Of a stretch of 55,134 bases of DNA, positions 1 to 8,904 are shown piece by piece; positions within the stretch are counted from its first letter, which is position 1, and every line of letters starts with the position of its first letter. Below the pieces are notes generated by a model that searched no databases, was not told where the DNA came from, and saw only the letters and a program-made list of their open reading frames with translations. Origin of the DNA: a virus (Duplodnaviria > Heunggongvirae > Uroviricota > Caudoviricetes); the IMG/VR virus record IMGVR_UViG_2547132035_000002; one strand, given 5' to 3'. Both the position numbers and the translations under genes were made by a program.

Positions 1-267
1 GGAGTCATCTTTGCTGAGCAGTATGTATCTGAACTAGGAAATCAGATAGCACTTAACTATCCAGAATATGATGCAATTGCGATTATTGGAAGTAGGACTG
101 TTTCATTAAGAACTGTTAAAGAAGATATTGATGTCAGTGTTCTTGCAAAGAGATTTAATGGTGGAGGTCATAAGAAAGCTGCTGGGTTTCCCTTAACAGC
201 TGATGTTGTTTCAGATTATATAAATATCATTTTTAGGAAAAAGAGGTTGAGAAATGAGTTATTATAA
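1..267 (+). CDS. DHH/DHHA1 phosphoesterase, C-terminal part (5' truncated by window)
   Basis: Frame 1 reads ...DVSVLAKRFNGGGHKKAAGF..., the DHHA1 GGGH-x-x-AAG motif; stop at 265-267. Confidence 0.8.
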   Translation, partial: GVIFAEQYVSELGNQIALNYPEYDAIAIIGSRTVSLRTVKEDIDVSVLAKRFNGGGHKKAAGFPLTADVVSDYINIIFRKKRLRNELL

Positions 268-526
268 GAAAATATCTTCATTCACAAAAAAAGAACTTCT
301 TAAGGAAGCCAAAAGAAATATGGAGAAACTAGATAGTTTAAAAGTTTCTTACAAGAGAGGCGAAAATTATCAACAGCTAAAAAAGAATGCCCATATCAAA
401 AATCTAGATATTGAGGATATGAATGGAGACCAGCTGTATCTTCTCTGTGTTCAGTTGGATACGCTAATATGCAATAAGAAAATAAGTAGTGATAAAAGAA
501 AGATTTTAGATTTTATGATAAAATAA
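254..526 (+). CDS. hypothetical protein
   Basis: 90-aa ORF overlapping the upstream gene end, co-oriented. Confidence 0.7.
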   Translation: MSYYKKISSFTKKELLKEAKRNMEKLDSLKVSYKRGENYQQLKKNAHIKNLDIEDMNGDQLYLLCVQLDTLICNKKISSDKRKILDFMIK

Positions 527-584
527 AGATGTAACAATAAACGAGAAATAAGAGGTATATCATTATAGAGATATATCTCTTTTT
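516..584 (+). promoter_or_regulatory. cassette head 1 (extended -10, ACGA, hairpin, T-tract)
   Basis: TGaTAAAAT 516-524, GTAA 531, ACGA 541-544, stem aagaggtatatc/gatatatctctt. Confidence 0.8.
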
Positions 585-606
585 ATTTTCAAGTAGAAGA
601 GAAAGG

Positions 607-822
607 ATGATAGAAATGGAATTAACAATTGAATATGATTGGGACTTAGTAGCAAAAATGGCAAAAGAGGAACTGGCGTGTTTAAAGAATTTAGAAGTCT
701 TATATGGGCAGACCTTAACTCTGATGACAAGAGAGATTATTTTAGAAGATGCATTAAAGATGTTTCATAAAGGGTGCAGAGAAAAAGAATTGTATTCTTT
801 AATGCTTGGTGTTCATTCATAA
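607..822 (+). CDS. hypothetical protein
   Basis: ORF with AAAGGA RBS directly after head 1. Confidence 0.7.
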   Translation: MIEMELTIEYDWDLVAKMAKEELACLKNLEVLYGQTLTLMTREIILEDALKMFHKGCREKELYSLMLGVHS

Positions 823-844
823 TAAATTAGGTAGGAGGGATTAC

Positions 845-1054
845 ATGAAAAAAATAAGAGCAGAGGATATAAGGGGGTTGCCATTTGGAACGAAGATTGT
901 TGTCACATACCCTCAAAATAAGCATGGAGGACCAAGCTCATATATTGGTGTAAAGGTTGCTACTCAAATTGTTTATGAGAATGGCTTAGAAGATGATATT
1001 CAAACTATAGAAAATCAACTCGCAAACCATATTTGCTGCGTTTTTATTTTGTAG
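845..1054 (+). CDS. hypothetical protein
   Basis: AGGAGG RBS before ATG 845. Confidence 0.7.
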   Translation: MKKIRAEDIRGLPFGTKIVVTYPQNKHGGPSSYIGVKVATQIVYENGLEDDIQTIENQLANHICCVFIL

Positions 1055-1075
1055 TTTATCAGAGGAGGAAAGAGT

Positions 1076-1423
1076 ATGAGCCTGATTACTGAAAACACAT
1101 TGGTTATTGATTCAAATCATGATGAAAAATTGAAGAACTTATTATTTAAGGAAAGCAAATCTATCTGTTTGAGAAATCTGAAACAAGTCTATAATAAGAA
1201 TAATCTCATCATATATACGTTTAATTCAAATGGATTTCCACTGAAATTAACTGATTATATTGATTTTTTCATTATTGAAAATGTTTCTTCAGAGGGAAGA
1301 ATGACAATGAAAGGAAATCATCAAGAATCACATTTTAAAGCTGTAACATTGCTAAAGAAAATGATTCCAGCAAAAGACTATAGAGAGGTAAAAGAAAGTA
1401 TAGAGTATACTATCGGATACTAA
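1076..1423 (+). CDS. hypothetical protein
   Basis: GAGGAGG RBS, 115 aa. Confidence 0.75.
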   Translation: MSLITENTLVIDSNHDEKLKNLLFKESKSICLRNLKQVYNKNNLIIYTFNSNGFPLKLTDYIDFFIIENVSSEGRMTMKGNHQESHFKAVTLLKKMIPAKDYREVKESIEYTIGY

Positions 1424-1448
1424 ATATGCTTATAATTAGTGATATTTA

Positions 1449-1507
1449 TGATACAATAGAAGAGTAAAGTTAAACGACTGGATGTGCATAAACGTACATC
1501 CTTTTTT
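1449..1507 (+). promoter_or_regulatory. cassette head 2
   Basis: TGaTACAAT 1449-1457, ACGA 1474-1477, stem ggatgtgc/gtacatcc, T6, then GTTAC and AAGGAGG. Confidence 0.8.
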
Positions 1508-1530
1508 GTTACAAAGAAAGGAGGAAAGCC

Positions 1531-1836
1531 ATGAAAAAACTATTAATATTACTGAAAAATACCAAAAATCTTTTAGAGTACGGAGATTACGGGATATCAG
1601 GAAATACCACTTTCTTAGGTATATACACATCTTATGATAAGTTGCATGAGAGAGTATTAAGAGATGTGAAGAGTATTAACATCAGAGAAGAGGAAGATGC
1701 GTCAAATGATATCTTTGAGAGAACAATCTATAGAAGCATTATTACTGATGATGAAATAAGAGAATATGTTGTCATTGAAGCAAATGAAGATGAGGACTAT
1801 GAGAAACTGGTAGAAAGTTATTGTTATTTGGAATAG
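1531..1836 (+). CDS. hypothetical acidic protein
   Basis: AAGGAGG RBS, 101 aa. Confidence 0.75.
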   Translation: MKKLLILLKNTKNLLEYGDYGISGNTTFLGIYTSYDKLHERVLRDVKSINIREEEDASNDIFERTIYRSIITDDEIREYVVIEANEDEDYEKLVESYCYLE

Positions 1837-1845
1837 GAGGGAAAT

Positions 1846-2406
1846 ATGAAAGAAGCAAAATATACAGCATTAGAATTAGCATATTATATGGTAGATTATA
1901 CTCATAAAAAACAATTAGAATGCTATCTCTCGCCTTTAAAAATGAGCAAGCTGCTTTATGTAGCTCAAGGGCTTTCCTTAGCTATATACCACCAACCATT
2001 ATTTAAAGATGAAATAAAAAAATGCAAGTATGGAGTTAGAATTGAAGAAGTTGATAAAGCTTTTCTAAAGAGTTATGGTGGTAATACTATTCCATCAACT
2101 TATTTAGAAGTTAATTATATGTATTGGGCTGAGTTCATTTTTTGCAGTATTCCCTATTACAGGAGATACTTAGTACATCCTGATTGTCATGATACGTTTG
2201 CTTTGGCATATTACAAAAATGAAGAATTGGATGAAATAACAAGATTAATTCTTGAACAGACCATAAATAAACTCGTGATTATCAGCAATACTGAACTATT
2301 AAAATCAGTTATCTTTGATAGCTGGGCTTATCAAGTTTCAGGAGAAATAATTGATTTAGACTATTTGAAAATAGAATATATATCAAGATTGACACAAGGA
2401 GAGTGA
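1846..2406 (+). CDS. Panacea (DUF4065/SocA-like) antitoxin-domain protein
   Basis: A-x-Y...LSPLKMSKLLYVAQGLSLAIYHQPLFKDEI matches the Panacea pattern LKLQKLLYYAQG...PLF.E.I. Confidence 0.7.
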   Translation: MKEAKYTALELAYYMVDYTHKKQLECYLSPLKMSKLLYVAQGLSLAIYHQPLFKDEIKKCKYGVRIEEVDKAFLKSYGGNTIPSTYLEVNYMYWAEFIFCSIPYYRRYLVHPDCHDTFALAYYKNEELDEITRLILEQTINKLVIISNTELLKSVIFDSWAYQVSGEIIDLDYLKIEYISRLTQGE

Positions 2407-2410
2407 TAGA

Positions 2411-3013
2411 ATGTCAACAGTTGTACCAAATTTATTCAAATTGAATTCTGAAGAGTTGTTTAGAAGTTTGCTTACTGCTAAAAATGAATATCAAAAAAGA
2501 CTTGAAGATAGAATTCCAGAAGTCATTAAGAGCGAATTGAAGTTTTTCATGAAGTATGAAGAATTTGCAGATAGAAAGAAGCCACAAACATACCAGCAAT
2601 GGTGTAATTATTGTTTTCATATACTCCGAAAAGATGTTGCGAGACAAAAGGAAGTTGGATATAGAATTGATTCATGGTTTGTATGCTATCTAAATGATTT
2701 TTTAGTAGATATTGTATTATATCATCATGATATAGAAGGTTATTTTGTTCAGATATTTGGAAGTAGTTGGGCAGTAGATAATTTGAAAGAATTATTGAAC
2801 CTCACAAAAGATTATTCATTTGATGATAGGAGTGATTGGGGATATGAAGACGAAAATGGAATGGAAAGAATGGATAAAGATAGAAACTTCATCGAGGAAT
2901 TGATTCCAAGTGGTGTTTTTTCTGCTGATGGATTAGTTATTCATATTTCAGATAAAGTTCCTAATAATGATAGAGTGATTAAGAAAATAAATGAAATGGA
3001 GGAGAAAAAATAA
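2411..3013 (+). CDS. hypothetical protein
   Basis: 200-aa ORF with GGAG RBS, directly after the Panacea gene. Confidence 0.75.
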   Translation: MSTVVPNLFKLNSEELFRSLLTAKNEYQKRLEDRIPEVIKSELKFFMKYEEFADRKKPQTYQQWCNYCFHILRKDVARQKEVGYRIDSWFVCYLNDFLVDIVLYHHDIEGYFVQIFGSSWAVDNLKELLNLTKDYSFDDRSDWGYEDENGMERMDKDRNFIEELIPSGVFSADGLVIHISDKVPNNDRVIKKINEMEEKK

Positions 3014-3214
3014 ATGAAATATGATAAGAAAGAATTTTCTGAGAATTTACAAGGTTTTTATGATGAATTAATGAAACAAAGACAAATTGTAGAATGTCGC
3101 CAACCAATGGATATTTATGAAATGAATGAGAGGCTTGGTAAATTATTAATGGCTCTTACAATTTATATGGAAGTTACACACCCTGAAATTAAGAAGAATG
3201 AAAAGATTTGGTAA
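3014..3214 (+). CDS. hypothetical protein
   Basis: Translationally coupled (TAAATG) 66-aa ORF. Confidence 0.65.
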   Translation: MKYDKKEFSENLQGFYDELMKQRQIVECRQPMDIYEMNERLGKLLMALTIYMEVTHPEIKKNEKIW

Positions 3215-3266
3215 GGACTTTAATGAGAAAAGTGATTGCTATGAAATGTCAATTAAATATTTTTAT

Positions 3267-3314
3267 ACGAAAACAGTAATTTTACATTTGCGTGATGTGG
3301 TGGTTACTGTTTTT
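3267..3314 (+). terminator. ACGA-tagged hairpin with no downstream gene (empty or degenerate head)
   Basis: TTATACGA then stem aaaacagtaa/ttactgtttt, T-tract, GTTTTAC; no RBS/ORF before the next head. Confidence 0.65.
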
Positions 3315-3392
3315 GTTTTACATAAACATATACTGAGTGTATTAAAAACTTATTCTTTGCAATTCTAACCATCACTTTTACTACAAGAAATA

Positions 3393-3463
3393 TGCTATAC
3401 TAGAGTTGTAATATATACGAAGTAAGAGACTTTTTCTAGCAGGAATGAGTCTTTTTTATTACA
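3393..3463 (+). promoter_or_regulatory. cassette head 3
   Basis: TGcTATACT, TGTAATATATACGA 3407-3420, stem agact/agtct, T-tract, ATTACA, GGAGG. Confidence 0.75.
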
Positions 3464-3479
3464 GGAGGAAAATAATAAA

Positions 3480-3734
3480 ATGAATATACAAATTAATACA
3501 AAAGATGATATTACTGAAAATGAATTAAGATATGTTTATTATAATTTAAAAAGTATCAAAGAAGAATATGAGAATAGCTGGGAGTATCGGAGATACAAAG
3601 ATGGTGTAGATAGTTGGAATCCTTGGACTAAAGAGTTAAGCGGTATTGGTGGAATTGGTGCCAGAGTTGGACGCAAAATGTTGGTTAAAGGAAGAAAAGA
3701 TACGCTTTATTTTAAATTTAAAGGAGTAAACTAA
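3480..3734 (+). CDS. hypothetical protein
   Basis: AGGAGG RBS, 84 aa. Confidence 0.7.
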   Translation: MNIQINTKDDITENELRYVYYNLKSIKEEYENSWEYRRYKDGVDSWNPWTKELSGIGGIGARVGRKMLVKGRKDTLYFKFKGVN

Positions 3735-3735
3735 T

Positions 3736-4137
3736 ATGATAAAGTTAGCATCTGTAGAAGAATATCCACAATGGTTAAAAGACGAATTAAATAAAAAGGA
3801 ATTTTCTAATTGGGTCGAATCAAATTTATATATGACAAAACTTATTGAAGAAAAATATCCAATCAATACTGATAATTATGACAATATAAAGGAGAAGATG
3901 GAGAAATATGGGTATGTGAGAGCAAAAACAAGACCATTATCCATTCGTTTGAAAAGTGAAAACATAAAAGATGATAATTACTTTGCTTCTATTTATATTT
4001 ATGAGGTTGATGAGACAAGACCTTGGACAAAAATCGAAATGGAAGAGTATTCTCAAATACTTTATCTTGATAGTTTTGAATGTGTAGATGTTGTAAATAA
4101 TTATTATGAAATAAATAATGAAAAGAATAAATTATAA
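3736..4137 (+). CDS. hypothetical protein
   Basis: AAGGAG RBS, 133 aa. Confidence 0.75.
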   Translation: MIKLASVEEYPQWLKDELNKKEFSNWVESNLYMTKLIEEKYPINTDNYDNIKEKMEKYGYVRAKTRPLSIRLKSENIKDDNYFASIYIYEVDETRPWTKIEMEEYSQILYLDSFECVDVVNNYYEINNEKNKL

Positions 4138-4163
4138 GGTAACCAATATGAATTATCTAAATA

Positions 4164-4219
4164 TGATATAATTAATAAAACATACGAAAGTCTATTTTTA
4201 TATAGACTTTTTTGTATGT
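4164..4219 (+). promoter_or_regulatory. cassette head 4 (short variant)
   Basis: TGaTATAAT, ACATACGA 4180-4187, stem aaagtcta/tagacttt, TTGTATGT 4212-4219. Confidence 0.75.
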
Positions 4220-4253
4220 ATAAAGATATTAAAATTTAGTAGAGAGGAGTGAA

Positions 4254-5012
4254 ATGAATAAAGAATTTAGTTATTTTTATGGACTTGTTCTCACAGATGG
4301 AACAATAACAACATCAACACGCAATAGGGGTAAAATTCAGATAGAACTTTCGATTAGAGATAGAAATATTTTAGATAAATTACATATAATATTTCCAGAA
4401 AGCAAAATAAGTATTAGACAACGGAGTACAAACTTTTCTCAAAACCATGAAAGTTGTATATTTTCTTTGTTTTACAAAAAGTATAGAGATTATTTTTTTA
4501 AGCAAGGTTATCCCAAATGCCAAAAAGCAATAAATGCAAGACCACCTAACTGCGAGTATTCTAAATGTGATTTTTGGAGAGGAGTTATTGATGGTGATGG
4601 AAGTATAGGTCAAATAAAAAATGGTGACCCATATATATCATTAATAACAAAAAGTGAAGATTTAGCTAATTCATATTTAAGATTGCTGGAAGAAGAGTTT
4701 GGTATAATAAAAATATGTAATAAAAATAAGAGAGATGACTGTTACAATATAACTGTTAAAAATGAAGATGCAATTACGTTGGGAAATTTTCTATATGGTG
4801 ATAGTCATCTATATTTAGATAGAAAATATCAGAAATATCAAGAGAATTTATCTTGGAAACGCACAAAAAATAAAATTACTCGCAAATATTGGAGCAAAGA
4901 GGACGATAATTTTATCTTATCAAATTCAATTGACAATAGTATGATGAAACTAAATAGGAGTAGGTCATCAATTGCTTGTAGAAAGAACAGATTAATTAAA
5001 TTCAATAAATAA
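4254..5012 (+). CDS. LAGLIDADG homing endonuclease, free-standing
   Basis: Two motifs, SYFYGLVLTDGTI and DFWRGVIDGDGSI. Confidence 0.9.
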   Translation: MNKEFSYFYGLVLTDGTITTSTRNRGKIQIELSIRDRNILDKLHIIFPESKISIRQRSTNFSQNHESCIFSLFYKKYRDYFFKQGYPKCQKAINARPPNCEYSKCDFWRGVIDGDGSIGQIKNGDPYISLITKSEDLANSYLRLLEEEFGIIKICNKNKRDDCYNITVKNEDAITLGNFLYGDSHLYLDRKYQKYQENLSWKRTKNKITRKYWSKEDDNFILSNSIDNSMMKLNRSRSSIACRKNRLIKFNK

Positions 5013-5014
5013 TA

Positions 5015-5078
5015 TGATAAAATAAAGATGTAATTTATACGAGTGAAGACATATCTCAAACAGATATGTCTTTTTTTT
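5015..5078 (+). promoter_or_regulatory. cassette head 5
   Basis: TGaTAAAAT, TGTAATTTATACGA, stem aagacatatct/agatatgtctt, T8. Confidence 0.85.
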
Positions 5079-5106
5079 GCTTACAAAAAGAGGAGGAGTG
5101 AAAGGA

Positions 5107-5625
5107 ATGTTAAGAGTTTATCATGGAACAAGTTATGAGAATGGTTTAAGAATTTTAGATGAGGGATTTAAATGTGAAAAGAAGATATGGTACGTATCTG
5201 ATAATGATAGTGTTTATTTTCATTATGTATTGCCAGATAGTAAGTATGAAGATGAGCAGGATGCAAGACGAAGAGCCATAGACAGTGCTAGAATCTCATC
5301 AGCTATAAATCATTCAACATCACCACACATCTATCTGTTTTCTATTGAGGTAGATGAGGGAGATATTGAGGAATTTCTGGATTATTCCAGTGAGAATATG
5401 TCTGGTATAGCACTAGAAATACCTGTTGATATTGTCAACAAGACAATTATTCAATCAGAAGTTGTCGAGGATGTGTATATCCCTAGTCTAGGCTTAGTGT
5501 ATTTAGCGGGATTAAATTTAGATTATTTGAATACAGAAAACCTTATTGATGAAGAACTTTATTTGTTAAGGAATAAAAAGACTTTAGGAGAATTACAAGA
5601 AATTTATTGTGAGTTATTATTTTAA
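5107..5625 (+). CDS. hypothetical protein, possible ADP-ribosyltransferase-like fold
   Basis: N-terminal RVYHGTS...I-x-x-x-GF resembles the first ART/PARP strand; the rest is not recognised. Confidence 0.4.
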   Translation: MLRVYHGTSYENGLRILDEGFKCEKKIWYVSDNDSVYFHYVLPDSKYEDEQDARRRAIDSARISSAINHSTSPHIYLFSIEVDEGDIEEFLDYSSENMSGIALEIPVDIVNKTIIQSEVVEDVYIPSLGLVYLAGLNLDYLNTENLIDEELYLLRNKKTLGELQEIYCELLF

Positions 5626-5632
5626 TCTGATT

Positions 5633-5663
5633 ACGAACGAAGACTCATAATGAGTCTTTTTTT
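5633..5663 (+). terminator. promoterless ACGA-tagged terminator
   Basis: ACGAACGA then aagactca/tgagtctt and T-tract, 7 nt after the stop codon. Confidence 0.75.
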
Positions 5664-5733
5664 ATTACACTTAGGATATTGATAAAAAAAGCGCTTTCAT
5701 GTAAGATTATATTAAGGTAATAAGTTTGAAAGG

Positions 5734-6603
5734 ATGATTGAAATGAAAAAAGAGTCTATAGCCTATGGTAGAAGAGGTGATAAGTATATATTTATAAGTG
5801 ATTTGAAAGAGAATGAATTTCAAAGAAATTGCAATTGTATTTGTGATTACTGTAAATGTCCTTTAGAAGCAGTTAAAGGAAAAGAAAGAAGTTATTTTAG
5901 GCATCAAAGTAGCTATAACCACTGTCATTTTGAGACTAATGAGCAAATTCTTGAACTTGCATGGTATATATTGGAAGAATTAGGGGTTGTAGAGGGTCTG
6001 GAAATAATGCAGGATGACATAAGGTTTTTCACCATTTTACCAAATATAACAGATAGAATAAAAAAAGAGTCTATAACTGATTCCAAAACTTGTATGAAAA
6101 TCTGTAATGTAAATAAGGAAAATAAAACTTTTTCAATTTATATTAAGGATAAAGAATATAAGATTAAACTAGTCTTCAAGGATAAAAATAAACATATTAA
6201 TAAGGATATATTAGTTATAGATTTAGCAAAAACAAAAAATATTCAAGATATATTCACAACAAAAGAAAAAGTTCTTGAAAAGATATCAGAACAAATAACA
6301 GATATGGTTTTAGAAGAGTATAATAAAAGTTTACTGAAGGTACAACCAGTACAACCTGACATTTTAAACAAACCAATAGACGAGGAAATTAAAGAAGAAA
6401 GCAAAACCATCACCTTAGAAGAAATGCTTGATATTCCTATGAAAAAACCAACAGAAATTGTTAAATACTATCAAAAAAAATGTCCTGTTTGTGGTGCTTC
6501 AATATGTGCTATGAAGGCAAACTATGGAGATGTAATTGTGTGCTCAAATTATCCGTCATGTGGGATTACTGCTGTACATCTTATGAAAGGAAAATACAAA
6601 TAG
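5734..6603 (+). CDS. Zn-finger protein: CoiA-like N-terminus, topoisomerase-type C4 ribbon at C-terminus
   Basis: CDYCKCPL...YFRH and CPVCG...YG.VIVCSNYPSCG. Confidence 0.55.
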   Translation: MIEMKKESIAYGRRGDKYIFISDLKENEFQRNCNCICDYCKCPLEAVKGKERSYFRHQSSYNHCHFETNEQILELAWYILEELGVVEGLEIMQDDIRFFTILPNITDRIKKESITDSKTCMKICNVNKENKTFSIYIKDKEYKIKLVFKDKNKHINKDILVIDLAKTKNIQDIFTTKEKVLEKISEQITDMVLEEYNKSLLKVQPVQPDILNKPIDEEIKEESKTITLEEMLDIPMKKPTEIVKYYQKKCPVCGASICAMKANYGDVIVCSNYPSCGITAVHLMKGKYK

Positions 6604-6657
6604 AATGTTTTAGTTCACTACAAACAACAACTATCATAAGCAATTCTAGCTCTATTA

Positions 6658-6721
6658 TGATATAATATCTTCATAGAAGTTTTTAGTCTATATCCAGAAG
6701 TGATGAGGATATAGGCTTTTT
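6658..6721 (+). promoter_or_regulatory. head-like promoter plus terminator lacking ACGA
   Basis: TGaTATAAT 6658-6666, stem agtctatatcc/ggatataggct, T5. Confidence 0.55.
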
Positions 6722-6746
6722 ATTATTAAATATTTAAGGAGGGATA

Positions 6747-7586
6747 ATGAAAACAAAAATGATACAGACTATTAAAAAACATAAATATTTATCTTTGTTT
6801 ATATTGATAATATTTTTATTTCTTTTCGTAATGATAATTATAAGAGGATATCACAACTGTCAACCAATGCTTGTCCTAAAAAAAGATGTTTTCGAGGTAG
6901 AATATGGACACCCTATTTCTCAGAATCCACTGGATTATGTAAAGATTAATGAATATAAAGAAAAGAAAAAAGGACCACCCTTAAAAAAGACCAAATTAAA
7001 GTTGAATATATCCTTAGATGAGGAAAATGGTTATCCTCCAGTAGGAGAATATAATGCAACAATACAATATGATACTGAAGATAAGATATCTTTTAAGATT
7101 ATCGTGAAAGATTCAACTGCTCCAGAAATTATTTCCTATTATCAAGATGAAATAGAGTCCTATGAAGGAGAAAAAATCAACTATGAGGGTATGTTTATCA
7201 GTCAAGATTTATCTGAATCAGAATTGAAATTAGATGAAAACAATATCGATTATGACAACGCAGGTATATATCAATTATTGATTATAGCAAAAGATATATA
7301 TCAAAACGAAAGCAGAAAAGAATATCAGGTAAGGGTAAAAGCAAAGGAATTAAACTTAAGACTTCATAAACTACATGTATTGGAGACAGCAACAACAACA
7401 TTTCGTCCAGAAGTTAAAGGAAAAGCAGAAAAGATAGAATATTCTTCATCTGATGAAGATATTGTCTCTATAGATTCAAGGGGAAGATTAATAGCAAGAA
7501 AGGCAGGCCGTGCAACAATTACTGCAGCTATGGGGAAGTTGACGGATATGTGTGAAGTCACAGTGTCACAAAATCCATATAAATAG
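6747..7586 (+). CDS. membrane-anchored Ig-like domain surface protein
   Basis: N-terminal TM helix, DSTAPEI Ig-repeat motif, C-terminal Big_2-like YSSSDEDIVSIDSRGRLIARKAGRATITA. Confidence 0.75.
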   Translation: MKTKMIQTIKKHKYLSLFILIIFLFLFVMIIIRGYHNCQPMLVLKKDVFEVEYGHPISQNPLDYVKINEYKEKKKGPPLKKTKLKLNISLDEENGYPPVGEYNATIQYDTEDKISFKIIVKDSTAPEIISYYQDEIESYEGEKINYEGMFISQDLSESELKLDENNIDYDNAGIYQLLIIAKDIYQNESRKEYQVRVKAKELNLRLHKLHVLETATTTFRPEVKGKAEKIEYSSSDEDIVSIDSRGRLIARKAGRATITAAMGKLTDMCEVTVSQNPYK

Positions 7587-7627
7587 TTTTCTATAATGAC
7601 ACAAGAGCGTACATGGCTTTAGATATA

Positions 7628-7692
7628 TGATATAATATAAATGTATATTAACCGAAGAAGAGACTATTTTCTAAAGAGAAAATAGTTTTTTT
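7628..7692 (+). promoter_or_regulatory. cassette head 6 (CCGA variant)
   Basis: TGaTATAAT, TGTATATTAACCGA, stem actattttct/agaaaatagt, T7, GTT. Confidence 0.75.
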
Positions 7693-7726
7693 GTTGAGGA
7701 GAAAAATAAAACAGAAAGGAAATTTG

Positions 7727-7909
7727 GTGATAAGAATGAAACAATTTATTTACACATTTACGCCAGAAGTTGAAGGTACAATTACAGGGATTTTAGAATC
7801 TACAAAAAAGACAGAGGCTAAAAAATGTCTTAAAAATGAAATCAAAAAGGGATATCAAGGCTTAAAGTACAAAACAGCAATGAAAAGTCTTAGAATTATT
7901 GAAATTTAG
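7727..7909 (+). CDS. small basic hypothetical protein
   Basis: AAAGGA RBS before GTG; start uncertain. Confidence 0.5.
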   Translation: MIRMKQFIYTFTPEVEGTITGILESTKKTEAKKCLKNEIKKGYQGLKYKTAMKSLRIIEI

Positions 7910-7924
7910 GAGGATTTTATAAGT

Positions 7925-8074
7925 ATGAAAAAAGAACTAAATTTTAAAGATTTGCCATTAATGACAAAATGTGAATTTATAATTATGAACATTACTGGCT
8001 GTGATAGAAAAACAGCTAATCTAGTGGCTAATGCAATTCTTGATGAAACAGAAAAATGTGAAAGAAGGGATTAA
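7925..8074 (+). CDS. small hypothetical protein (49 aa, not in ORF track)
   Basis: AGGAGG RBS; MKKELNFKDLPLMTKCEFIIMNITGCDRKTANLVANAILDETEKCERRD. Confidence 0.6.
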   Translation: MKKELNFKDLPLMTKCEFIIMNITGCDRKTANLVANAILDETEKCERRD

Positions 8075-8077
8075 AAG

Positions 8078-8443
8078 ATGAAAAAATATATTATTGGAGC
8101 ACATTTTATTACAGCGTGTGAAAATGCATATTTCTTAGTAGATGAGAGCATTTATAATTTTATAACTGGAAGAGTCTTTAAAGAAGATATTCTTAGACAA
8201 TTGGCAGAATGTTTTGCTGACTATGAATCAGAGATTCCAGCTATTAAAGCAAAATTTCAAAAAGATTTTCATAATGAGAATCTGAGAAGTCTTGTTAATG
8301 CTTTTTCTTGGCCAAAAACAAGTGAAGTTTTTGGATATAAAATTCATGATAATATTTTGAGTCTTATAAATGAAATTGTCGATATGAAAATTAGTGTTTT
8401 AGCTTCAGACGTCGATGTCATTATTGGTGATGAAGTCTATTAA
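8078..8443 (+). CDS. hypothetical protein
   Basis: 121-aa co-oriented ORF. Confidence 0.7.
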   Translation: MKKYIIGAHFITACENAYFLVDESIYNFITGRVFKEDILRQLAECFADYESEIPAIKAKFQKDFHNENLRSLVNAFSWPKTSEVFGYKIHDNILSLINEIVDMKISVLASDVDVIIGDEVY

Positions 8444-8490
8444 AAAAGCCATTAAAATTGAAAAATATAAAGCTTAAGGAGAGAAAGATT

Positions 8491-8745
8491 ATGAAATATA
8501 AAATTGGAGATAAAGTAAGAATCATAAAGAAAGAAGCAAAAGAAGATGCCTTGGAAGAAGATATAATTAATTCAGCTTGGAATCAGGATATGGATAAATA
8601 TCTAGGAAAAATCATGACTATAAAAGGAGTTACTTCTATTTTAGATTGTAAAATTTATAACATGGAAGAAGATGAAAAAGAAAACTATGGAAGAGGTTGG
8701 GCTTGGACAGAAGAAATGATAGAGGAATTAGCATCAGTTTCTTAG
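8491..8745 (+). CDS. phage-type hypothetical protein
   Basis: AAGGAG RBS; MKYKIGDKVRI...MDKYLGKIMTI pattern common in phage accessory genes. Confidence 0.65.
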   Translation: MKYKIGDKVRIIKKEAKEDALEEDIINSAWNQDMDKYLGKIMTIKGVTSILDCKIYNMEEDEKENYGRGWAWTEEMIEELASVS

Positions 8746-8904
8746 AGTTTAAATTTTGCTTGAAAAATAAAGTAAAACACTTAATGAGGATAAAATTGGT
8801 TCAACATGCCATTATGAATGCTATGCAGAGTGTGGAGAGAGTTTGTTTTATAATAGTAGTGAGGTCATTTGAGCTATAAAAATAAGAATGAAGGAGAAAA
8901 GAAA

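Noticed and set aside
3407-3420. GT-N8-AC core of the heads as a LexA or other dimeric repressor box
   Set aside because: It does not match Bacillota CGAAC-N4-GTTCG, and the GT-to-AC spacing varies from 7 to 9 nt, which dimeric operators rarely tolerate.
4254-5012. Group I intron or intein around the LAGLIDADG ORF
   Set aside because: Flanking genes are complete with their own RBS and stop, flanks are too short for a ribozyme core, and no intein termini are present.
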